NCBI RefSeq assembly: GCF_006345805.1
Contig: NC_043003.1
Coordinates: 52,824,001 to 52,888,000, forward strand
From: Octopus sinensis
Taxonomy: Eukaryota
DNA length: 64,000 bases
Reading direction: 5' to 3'
Shown here: positions 36,006 to 47,403 of the stretch, piece after piece
Layout of the letters: each line of letters begins with the position of its first letter
How positions within the stretch are numbered: the stretch's first letter is position 1
Made by a program: the position numbers and the translations under genes
The notes under the pieces: model-generated
The model's input: the letters and a program-made list of their open reading frames with translations, nothing else
Told to the model about the DNA's origin: nothing
The model's database searches: none

Positions 36006-36459
36006 GTATTTATTATCTTATATATTAAAAAATCATGAGGGTCATTTGAAACGTATGTCCGCCAATATTCCTCTTAACGACGCTGTTGTTTAAAATATGC
36101 ATACAAAACCTATTCTAATAACGTTTATTTTTCCCAAGCATTGCACAGCAAATTTGTTATGCATCACAGTAAAGATGTCAAGACCACGCGCCTGTCCATC
36201 AAAAAAGCAACAATTACACAATTACATATATAACGGTTGTGTGCGTGTGTGTGCGTGTGTATGTGTGTGTGTATGTATGTATGTATGTACACACACACAT
36301 ATAAACACACACATACGCATGTATACACGCGCACACATAAATAGATGGATAGCGAGATGGAATTATTTACTGTTCTTAATGAAGGCTTAAATTGGTGGGA
36401 AACGTTTATTTGCTCCATTACTTCACATTAATATACGTTGTTTGTTTCCATTTCCATTA

Positions 36460-36478
36460 TGACACACACACACACACA

Positions 36479-36527
<49 letters not shown>

Positions 36528-36627
36528 CATACACACACACACTTACACACACACATGTGATACTGACAGAAATGCCGTGCGTGCGCGTATACATACATAC
36601 ATACATACATACATACATACATGTATA

Positions 36628-36665
<38 letters not shown>

Positions 36666-36775
36666 GATATACAAATGTACGCGTGTGTGCACATACGTAC
36701 ATGTACACACACACACAAGTGTGTGTTTATACGTATGTGCATGTGTGTGTGTGTGTATATATATATGTGTGTATA

Positions 36776-36816
<41 letters not shown>

Positions 36817-37001
36817 GTATGCATATATATACGTATGTATATATATATATATATATATGTATGATGTATGCATGTATGTATGTATGTACATGTGTACATC
36901 CATACAATCATACATACACACATATCTCTAATCTTATTCCTTGACAAGTAGTAAGTTCTTAAGTACTACTACTGTACTATTAACGTCAAAGAAGTATCTC
37001 A

Positions 37002-37048
<47 letters not shown>

Positions 37049-37060
37049 TATATATATTTA
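36460..37060. repeat. Compound (CA)n/(TACA)n/(TA)n microsatellite
   Basis: Simple repeats. Confidence 0.95.
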
Positions 37061-37692
37061 TTTATTTAATTATTTATTCATTTAACAAATTGTTGTGTTT
37101 TGTAGGAAAATGCCCCAGCCAATATCTGTAACACCGGAGGCGGCAGAGTGTGCTTGCGCAGAGCGGCTGCGAGTCGAACTTTCGACATTTCATGCGCACA
37201 CCACGTCACACGCGTGCTAGGTGTTACAGTTAGAAGAATAGCAGGCAAAGGATAGCGAGGTTGTAATATCTCCAGATCTGCGGGTGACAGACAAACCCAG
37301 CACTGACGATACGTGTGTGATGGGCAGGTACTTATTATCGACATTGCATGCCACCGGCAGAATTCTTTCTCAGATGCAACTATAAGATAAATTACGGAGT
37401 TGTATTTAAAAATATATATGTATTAAAATAAAGTTTCTTTGGATATCTTCCACCTACTGTATTCTCGATTTCTCTGGTTTCGTAATCTGTGTAGGTGGTG
37501 TGGGGGGGGGTGTTTGTGTGTGTGTGTTTGTATGTGTGTGTCTGTGCGTGTGAGTGTGTGCGTGTGAGTGTGTGTGCATGTAATACACACACTTATGTAT
37601 ATATTATATATATATATTATATATATATATAATATATATATATATTATATATATATATATAATATATATATATATATATAGTATAATATATA

Positions 37693-37750
<58 letters not shown>

Positions 37751-37808
37751 ATATTAATATATGTATATGATCTGAGTATATGTATGTTTGTGTTTGTGCG
37801 TGTGTGTG

Positions 37809-37865
<57 letters not shown>

Positions 37866-38080
37866 TTAGAGATAAAACCACTATTAGGCAATCAAACAGT
37901 GAAAAACATAAACCAAAACATAAAATAAAAATAATTAATAAATTTACAAATATATAAAATTTTAAATTTAATTATTCAAATTTAAATTATTAATTTATAT
38001 TTATATTTATATTTATAATTTAAAAAAAATTTATATATAACTATCAAAAAGTATTAAAAAGTTTATTATAAGATAAGTAA

Positions 38081-38180
38081 AACCACTACGTACGTTTCAT
38101 GGCCATAACCTAATTCGAATTACAATAATTTAAATTCAATTATAAATTCAAATTATGGTTATAGTCAATCTTCAGGTTAA
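38081..38180 (-). ncRNA. Type I hammerhead ribozyme motif with long AT-rich stem II (partly decayed)
   Basis: - strand AC-CUGAAGA-UUGACUAUAACC...GGUUAUGGCCAU-GAAA-CGUACG-UA/GU. Stem III is the palindrome ACGUACGU with a GUA triplet. It lies in an AT-rich segment flanked by (TA)n. Confidence 0.62.
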
Positions 38181-38414
38181 TAATAATAGTTAAATAAATA
38201 AGCAAATATATTTAAACAATATTATTTAAGAAATAAATAAAATAATAATTTATTATAAAATAAAATGTATTATCAAACTAGAAACTTTAATGATTATGAT
38301 TATGTCATACAATCCAATTATAATGTTAAATATTCATTTTTAAGGTAAGATAGATAGAAAATGAATTTTATCTATTCAGATATAATATGGCTTTAAAAAA
38401 GAATATATATATTC

Positions 38415-38771
38415 TCTTTTACGCTTTACTCTTTTACTTGTTTCAGTCATTTGACTGTGGCCTTTAGTCGAGCAAATCGACCCCGGGACTTATTCTTCGT
38501 AAGTCTAGTACTTACTCTATCGGTCTCTTTTACTGAACCTCTAAGTTACGGGGACGTAAACACACCAGCATCGGTTGTCAAGCGATGTTGGGGGACAAAT
38601 ACAGACACACAAACATATACACACACATAATATATATACATATATACGACGGGCTTCTTTCAGTTTCCGTCTACCAAATCAACTCACAATGCTTTTGTCG
38701 GCCCGTGGCTATAGTAGAAGACACTATGTGAATGGATTTGGTAGACAGAAACTGAAAGAAGCCCGTCGTAT

Positions 38772-38804
<33 letters not shown>

Positions 38805-39050
38805 CTTATATATATATATATATATATAATATATATGGATATATACGTATGTGTATGTATATGTTTGTGTGTCTGTGTTTGATAACCGATGCTGGTGTGT
38901 TTACGTCCCCGTAACTTAGCAGTTCGGCAAGAGAGACCGATAGACTAAGTACTAGGCTTACAAGGAAGTCCTTGGGTCGATTTGTTCGACTGAAGTCGAT
39001 GCTCCATCATGGCTGCAGTCACATGACTGAAACAAATAAAAGAATAAAAG
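38415..39050. mobile_element. Two SINE-A copies in inverted (foldback) arrangement
   Basis: - copy 38415-38725 abuts a headless + copy 38726-39050. Confidence 0.85.
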
Positions 39051-39379
39051 GATATATTTGACACCAGCTCTTAATATCCTGTTATTTGTATTTGTATTTG
39101 TGTATCATTTCTCCGTTTTTTTCCTGTCCTTGTTTTTGTATATACTTACTGCTTTCTTCCAAGGAACCTAATGCTCTTACCTTAGTTTTTCCTTGGGGCT
39201 GGCCAGATTCGAGCAATCTTGAGTATAACCAGTCGAAATTGCAAAGATAATCTGGAACTCGACTGAGGAAAGAAAACTCCGAATGACCCGTCCTTGTTTT
39301 TTCTTGTCCCTTTTTTGTATCATATGTCTGGATGTTTTGCGTTCTTGTCCCACTTTTTGTATTCTTGTGTGTGTATATA

Positions 39380-39801
39380 CATACATGCATACATACATAC
39401 ATACATACATATATATATATATTTATTATATATATATATTATATTTATATGTATATGTGTTTCCATATATATATATATATATATATATGTATAATGCATA
39501 TATATATCTATATATACATATACACACACATATATATATATACATGTATATATATATATACATATGTATATATATGTGTGTGTGTGTGTGTGTATGTATA
39601 TATATATACACACACACACACTTATTAATATCTGACCAACGGGAACGCGAAACTCTGAGTAACAGTTTTTGTGATGTTTTTGCAGCCTTATTTATAAAGT
39701 ATTTTACTCTACCTCCGGTATTCGAGTATTATTTTTTCCACCTTGTTTCACATTTATGTACTTACTCTAATGTACACACACACACAAACACAAACACACA
39801 C

Positions 39802-39834
<33 letters not shown>

Positions 39835-40027
39835 AACGCACACATACATACATACGCACACATATACATACACACATACACACGCACACACATATATATA
39901 TATACATATACATACACATATATGCACTCACACACATACAAATTTATCCATACAGGAAAGAGAGAGAGAAAGAGAAAGAGAGAGAGAGAAAGAGAGAGAG
40001 AGGGGGAGAGAGGGAGAGGGAGAGAGA

Positions 40028-40087
<60 letters not shown>

Positions 40088-40090
40088 GAG
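39380..40090. repeat. Compound (TACA)n/(TA)n/(CA)n/(GA)n microsatellites
   Basis: Simple repeats with a short unique insert at 39630-39770. Confidence 0.9.
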
Positions 40091-41529
40091 AGAAATAATT
40101 CCAATAACATTGCTTTGATGCTGAGGAATATCGAGAAATTCTAGAGCGAACTGCTCATAGACACAGAATAAAACAGAATAAGATAAAATATAATAAAATA
40201 AAATAAAGCAAATAATAAAAAACAAAACAAAACAAAACAATGAATTATCTTGATTCTGCACGTGGGTATTACCATTGCGGGCATGTCAGTGACCGCTTCA
40301 TGTCAACGAACGCTCTATGTCAAAGACGGTGTAGATCACAGTAATTATCTATTTACCCATTGTTTCCCTTTCTCTTCTCCTTCCCACCATGCTCTGCACG
40401 CGACAATTCGCCTGTATTGTATGGTGCGGGTGTTATCTTAAATTTAAGAGCAGTCAAAACCTTCTTCTTTTTTTTTCCTTATAGAACTCCACACATAAAT
40501 TATCATTCCAGGGTATTGTTTGTCAAAAGCACATCATAACAGAAGATTCATAAGCTTTAGCTGGATAATCTAATGACTTTATAATAATCCAAAACAATGT
40601 AGGTAAATTTAACATGCTGGTGGTGTTAGTAAGTCCTAGTTATTCCTGTTTGAGCTGACTAATGATTAAAGCGTTCCAGCATGATCATCGGCTTTTAATC
40701 AAATATAATGCAACCTCGTACAAGTTGTGTTATAGCTTTATTCTTTCGTTTTTTTTTTAAGACGGTAGGGTGCGAGTATGAGGGAGATTTTGGTTGTTAT
40801 GTATAGCAGGGAAAGCTACCGCCTAAAAGTTCCCTCGCTCTTTTAAATATTAGTAGGGAAAGAAAACAGTGCCCAAGACCCTTTTTGAGGACGTCCAAGA
40901 CTGGTGGGAGGGAGGGATAAAGAGATGGAAGGGTGGGGGGAAGGACTGTATCCTCAAACCGGAGACGTGCCCTTAATGCTTGTAAAAGTAGACTCCGCTA
41001 AAAGCACCCGAGCTGTAAAATGATGGCATTTGATGAGCGACAGATTAAATCTACCTCCCAAGTAGCCCATGGCAAGATTTGAACTCGGAATGCAAACAGC
41101 CGGAAGAAATACCACGAGGCGTTTTGTCTGATGATCTGACATATTTGCTAGTTCACCGCCCTGGATTGGCACTTTTTTTTTTTGTTATCGACGCGGAAAG
41201 ACAAAGTTGGTCTTAGCGCGGGATTTGATCTCGGTGAACGGAGTGCCGAAACAAGTGACTTTGCTAATTTGTTAGATCGTAACACTGGTAATTTATGCTG
41301 CTGTTGATGTGAAAGTATACATAAAATGACATTGAGGTTCTTTGGGATTTTGGAGATAGAAAAAGAAATTAAATAAAAAAAAAAATCATGTATTAACAAG
41401 AAGAGAACCGTACATGAAGAAGGGATGATCATGGTTGGATTATTTATAATAATCAGACTACTCGATCAGAGATAATTTGGAACTAATCCCATAAACATAA
41501 AAACATAGCCGTCATGCTCAAGCGAGTGT

Positions 41530-41790
41530 GACCATGTAACATGTATCATATTTGGGCTAATTGGTCGTGGTACTTTCCCATCCTCCACCCTGAGGAATAT
41601 TCAGGATGTAGAATTTGAAGGAGAGGGCAGGCTCCACCAGCACACAGATGATACTGAATCGAGTGGACAGGGGCAGCAAAAAATGAAGTGTCTTGTGCAA
41701 GGTTACAACACATCACCCAGTCCAAGAATCGAACCCATGATTTTATGATCATGAGCTCAGCACCCTAACCACTTCGCCACATGCCTGCAT
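41530..41790 (-). mobile_element. Degenerate CORE-like tRNA SINE
   Basis: gcaggcatgtggcgaagtggttagggtg...gggttcgattc head and gcacaagacacttcatttt core. Confidence 0.65.
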
Positions 41791-41873
41791 TTTGAAAGGC
41801 AGCAAATTACTTACCAACTCAAAGCTTACGGTAGATTGTATAAATATCTCTGTTGGATTTTCGATTCTTATTA

Positions 41874-42281
41874 GCGGGAGTGGCTGTGTGGTAAGTAGCT
41901 TGCTTACGAACCACATGGTTCCGGGTTCAGTCCCACTGCGTGGTACCTTGGGCGCAGTGTCTTCTACTATAGCCTCAGGCCGACTAAAGCCTTGTGAGTG
42001 GATTTAGTAGACGGAAACTGAAAGAAGCACGTCGTATATATGTATATATATATGTATGTGTGTGTATATGTTTGTGTGTCTGTGTTTGTCCTCCCAATAT
42101 CGCTTGACAACCGATGGTGGTGTGTTTACGCCCCCGTAACTTAGCGGTTCGGCAAAAGAGACCGATAGAATAAGCACTAGGCTTACAAAGAATAAGTCCT
42201 GGGGTCGATTTGCTCGACTAAAAGCGGTGCTCCAGCATGGTCACAGTCACATGACTGAAACAAGTAAAAGAGTAAAAGAGT
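41874..42281 (+). mobile_element. Full-length SINE-A
   Basis: Complete head, body and gtaaaagagtaaaagagt tail. Confidence 0.9.
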
Positions 42282-42544
42282 AATATTGTTGTACGATTAC
42301 CCATGCTGAGCTAAACTCAAAGTGTGAATATCTCCCTTTTTTTTATTCTTGTGTTTTATACTAAATATTTTCGGTCATACCGAAGTTGTGGAGGATTTGA
42401 TGGAGGGCGGCTATAAGAAAGGATAGCAAAGCGGCTCATCATCTTGTTCATAGAATACGAAAATGCGGCCTTTTTCAAGGTAGTGTCCCTGCCTGAATCT
42501 TATTCCAAGACGCAACTTTTCTAGCAATCTTAACGTTATGTTAT

Positions 42545-42802
42545 TCTTTCTTTTTATTCTTTTACTTGTTTCAGTCATTTGACTGCGGCCATGCTGGAGC
42601 ACTGCCTTTAGTCGAGCAAATCGACCCCAGGACTTATTCTTTGTAAGCCTAGTACTTATTCTATCGGTCTCTTTTTGCCGAACCGCTAATTTACGGGGAC
42701 GTAAAAATACCAGCATCGGTTGTCAACGATGATGGGGGGACAAACACATATCACAAACATACACACACACACACACACCAACACACCACACACACACACA
42801 CA

Positions 42803-42871
<69 letters not shown>

Positions 42872-43025
42872 CGAGGGGTTTCTTTCAGTTTCCGTCTATC
42901 AAATCCACTCACAAGGCTTTGGTCAGCCCGACACCATAGTAGAAGAAACTTGCCCAAGGTGCCACGCAGTGGGACTGAACTCAGAATCATGTGGTTGGTA
43001 AGCAAGCTACTTACCACATATCCAT
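42545..43025 (-). mobile_element. Full-length SINE-A
   Basis: Reverse complement of SINE-A with an expanded internal (CA)n. Confidence 0.9.
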
Positions 43026-43069
43026 TCCTGCGTCTATGTTGTTCATATTAAGCAACTATTTTGAAGTCC

Positions 43070-43272
43070 TGAAATATATTTCTTTATTGCCCACTAGGGG
43101 CTTAACACAGAGGGGACAAACAAGGATAGACAAACGGATTAGGTCGATTACATCGACCCCAGTGCGTAACTGGTACTTAATTTATCGACCTCTAAAGAAT
43201 TTGAACTCAGACCGTAACAGCAGACGAAATACCGCTAAGCATTTCGAAGGCATGTTAATGATTCTGCCAGCT
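43070..43272 (-). mobile_element. SINE-B with tail-1 and internal deletion
   Basis: tttctttattgcccac...gtcgattacatcgaccccagtgcgtaactggtac...gaatttgaactcag. Confidence 0.75.
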
Positions 43273-43699
43273 TAGAGTTTAAGTCATGACATAGCGCACG
43301 ATGTGTCAAATTTAAATGCTTAGCGGCATCGCTCGTCTTTACGTTCTGCGTTGAAATTCCGCCGAAGTCGACTTGGCTTTTATGCTTGCGAGGTCGCTGA
43401 GCAATATGTACGTATGTATGTATGTATGTATGTATGTATGTATGTATGTATGTATGTATGTATATATATATATATATATAAATATATATAAATATATATA
43501 TATATAGGGAGAGAGAGAGAGAGAGAGAGAGCGAAAGAGAAGAGACAGATACACACGCGTATGTGTGTGCGTCTATTGCAATATCTATTCAATGACAAGA
43601 GTACCAGCGCTGGTCCTGAAACTCATCTTGGGCGACATTTGGCGGTTGCATAGATTCCAATGAGGGCCCAAATGAGAGCGGCCGTTAGCGATTGGTATC

Positions 43700-45990
43700 T
43701 GGAGCCTTACAATCTTTACAAGCAGAAACTAGACGAAGAAGCCAAATGTTATCAGCTAGATATAGTCGGGATTTTCTCTATAAACTTTCGTAAACTCTCG
43801 ATGGAATACAGAAGTCCCTCTATTAAGTGAGGTGCTGAGTAGGACTGTACAGGCGGGAGTGTGGTGGGATACTCACAAATCTCCGGCTGTCGGATTGTGC
43901 TATGAAATTAGATTCCTTTGTGCAGAGAGTTTGTCTCCTGAAGATTAGGCCGCAAAAAGTGCTGAGGTTAATTCAAGTTAATGCACTCAATAGAGCGTTC
44001 AAATACTGGTTCTTCCTTGACGATGCTACCGCAGCTTTAGTTATGGTTAAGATCGAACTATTTCTTCTTTCCGGATACTTCACCGCACATGATACAATGT
44101 TTGGGAGGAACGGTAACCGCAATTCGAATACCGACGGAAAGGGTTTGTTAGACTTTTGTGCTGGAAATGGCATCTGTATGATGAACACCTTCTTCCAGCA
44201 CAAAGATATATATATTGGTACATCTGGCATTAGGATATCTTGGAACAGAAGTTACAGTCGATTTTTTAAAATCGTCTTTGATATCTTTAAATCTGTGCTG
44301 AACGTTCGTGTAAAGAGAAGGATGAGCTGTCAACTGATCACTATACAGTTCTTCACAATCTGAGACTATATACATTTAATAAGATCCACAAAACTGGTAG
44401 GTCCCGAGCGAGCTACGAGATGAAGTGTGAGACCATGACTGATGATGGTGTGAGGATCAACTATATGAACACTATTGCAGGGAACTTCCTAAACAATCCG
44501 AGAAGGTTGAAACGGAGTGGAAACTGTTCAACTCAGTAGTTTCTTACTCAGCTTTTCAATAGTGTGACCGAAGGCGGCTCGGTGAATGTACCGATTGGCA
44601 GGAAAACCCCCAGACTTAAACAGGAAGTTAAAGAATGCCAACTGAGCTAATGAAGCTTACAAGATTTCCTTTTCCCTCTGGTAATATAATGAGAAGCAAA
44701 TGTTTACATCAGAGACATTAAGATGTCAAAGGATAAGTCGGGAAAATTTTGACGTTAGAGTAGTGTGTCTTCGAGTTGTGGAGAGATAACTTTGTCGAAT
44801 TCCTAAATCTGGTCATGATTACACCTCAGATCGGCACGAGAGGTACTTGGGACGAAGACTGGCTTTACAGAGGCTGAAGACAGAATGAAATTTAAAACGC
44901 TCAAATGTGGCAAATTCGCTTGCGAAGATGAAATTCGTCCAAAAATTCTCCTTAAATAGAAGAGATATTCTCTAGCTGACCCGCGTAAGCTATGTGGCCT
45001 GGACCTCCGGAAAGGTACCCAAGCAATGTTTATTGTAATAATCCCAATTATTAAAAAAAGGGCGAGAAAAGAAAGTGGTCTAATTACAGAAGAATCTCAC
45101 TGTTAAGCCACACCTGCGAAGTCTGAGCTAAGTGTCAAGAAGAGAGATGTAACGACAATGAACTAGATTGTGGTGAAAGTGGTATAAAAACCACTGGAAG
45201 AAAGATCAGGGATCAGTCGGCTAATATTTTTTGACTTGGTGTTATTTAGCGCTTCAGAAGATCAATATTTTAGCATACCCTGAATAGGTCTGCTACCAAA
45301 GGTTGTAAGGCAGGATGAAAACCAGTAATACGAAAACTGAGAAATTAATCCTCTCGAGAAAGTCTCCCCAGTGCGCTTTGCTTTGTTGGGGATCACTTTG
45401 GAGCAGGTGAAGAAGTACCTCGGGGCCGCTTCCACGTGTGATTGAAGACAGTAGGCTGAATTAGTGGGAATAAAGTGCCAGCTTCAGCGAGATTCCTAAA
45501 TCAGAAGGAAATCCGAATTAAAGATATTTGAAAATTGAAGTGAAAAGGCCAAACTCGTTTTCTCTAATTCGAATTTCGTGCGGACACTTACTTATGATTA
45601 TTCATCTTGAGTAGTATCCGAAAGAGTACGATCGCGTTTACGAGGGTCACTGGAGTGACCTTACTAGATAGGGTACATGACTCGCAGATCAGGGAATCAG
45701 GCCAAAGTTGACCCACTATTTATTTGCATTGTAGAGTTTTAGCTTTGGTGCAATGAGCATGTAGTTAGAATGTCCGAGCAAAAAATTGCAGGACAGATTT
45801 TATGGTCAAGACCAACCGATGAGAGACATGGAGGGAAATTACGAACAAGATGGTTGGACAATATCCATAGCTTCAGTTGGTCTCGATTGGGGAACCTTTG
45901 CTGGTGGTTACTCTCGAAGGCGTGACTTGGAACATTGGCCCTCATTGGCCTTCAAAGGAACAGCGTATTATGAAGATGGTTGGAAGGACG
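43700..45990 (+). mobile_element. Old RTE-like LINE (AP endonuclease and RT remnants), heavily decayed
   Basis: YQLDIVGI and GKGLLDFCAGNGICMMNTFFQHKDI are typical RTE endonuclease motifs. Downstream RT-like fragments have many stops. Confidence 0.7.
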
Positions 45991-46454
45991 GAAAAAGACG
46001 AGCTAAAAAAGTATTGGAAATTACCAAGAAGGACATTTTCTAAAGTAGAATAAAAATAAACTCATCATGTAATGTCTAAAGTCAGACGAAAAAAATAGAT
46101 GCGAGAAGAAATGTACGCGCGCATGCACAGACACACACACAGACACACCACACACACACAACACACACACACACAATGCTTTTACATATGTATGTATCTG
46201 TGTGTATATGCATGTATGTACGTATGTATAATATAATGTATAATATAATATATTTTATATTTCATATGTATGTTTCTGTGTCTGTCTATCTATATGCTTT
46301 TATTAAAAAAATTTTAAATTGATACAATTATACATACTTTGTTTTTGTTTTCGTTTCTCATTGTGTTCAACGTTTTTTTTTATGTCCTGTACCCATATAT
46401 GCATGTGTATATATAGATATATATGTAGGTATGTACATATATGTATGTATATAT

Positions 46455-46855
46455 ACTCTTTTACTCTTTTACTTGTTTCAGTCATTTGACTGCGTCCATG
46501 CTGGAGCACCGCCTTTAGTCGAGCAAATCGACCCCGGGACTTATTCTTTGTAAGCCCAGTACTTATTCTATCGGTCTCTTTTGCCGAACCCCTAAGTGAC
46601 GGGGACGTAAACACACCAGCATCGGTTGTCAAGCAATGCTAGGGGGACAAACAGAGACACACAAACATATACACACACATACATATATATATATACATAT
46701 ATACGACAGGCTTCTTTCAGTTTCCGTCTACCAAATCCACTCACAAGGCATTGGTCGGCCCGGGGCTATAGCAGAAGACACTTGCCCAAGATGCCACGCA
46801 GTGGGACTGAACCCGGAACCATGTGGCTGGTTAGCAAGCTACTTACCACACAGCC
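46455..46855 (-). mobile_element. Full-length SINE-A
   Basis: Reverse complement of SINE-A. Confidence 0.9.
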
Positions 46856-47325
46856 ATTATTTATATTATTTATATATTATTTGTATTATTATTTCCAAGT
46901 AAGCTTTATCTACATACATACAGGGAGAGAGGGAGAGAGAGAGAGAGAGTGAGAGAGAGAGAGAGAGAGAGAACTCTGAACTGGCTGAATCACATCATGA
47001 AGCAGTTGTGAAGATCAAATTAGAGTAAAATAGAATTAAAACGATTAAAAAAAAAAAAATGAAATTAAGAAGTTGTTTCCAAAAACGAAAGTAACAAAAA
47101 AAAACAACAAGAAACAAAAGAGAATAAAATAAAATAGAACAAAATATGATCGAAAAAAAAAAAGAAACGCCAAAACAAAGAAAAATGTCAAAAGTTTTGT
47201 TTTTGCGACATGATAAGTTACTTTTTACCTGTTAAAGTCAGATATTGTAGAAAACTTAATCTGAAAATGAGGGATAACAAACAAAATTTTAAAAATTTTG
47301 GCTGAGAGTGTGCCCTCTTCAGTAG

Positions 47326-47403
47326 CCGCCCCTCCCCTCTAATTAGAAGCACGTGTCCCCAGCAAGGTGCTATAAACTGCTCGGAGGACGGCACCATTCA
47401 TTC
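47326..47403 (+). promoter_or_regulatory. Candidate RNA Pol II core promoter
   Basis: CCGCCCCTCCCC (47326), TAATTAG (47340), CACGTG (47350), TATAAA (47371) and Inr-like TCATTC (47398-47403; A at 47400, TATA at -29), all in non-repetitive sequence. Confidence 0.45.

Noticed and set aside
42378-42420. Ankyrin-like peptide FGHTEVVEDLMEGG
   Set aside because: No splice acceptor upstream, a stop five codons later and no TPLH half; probably chance.
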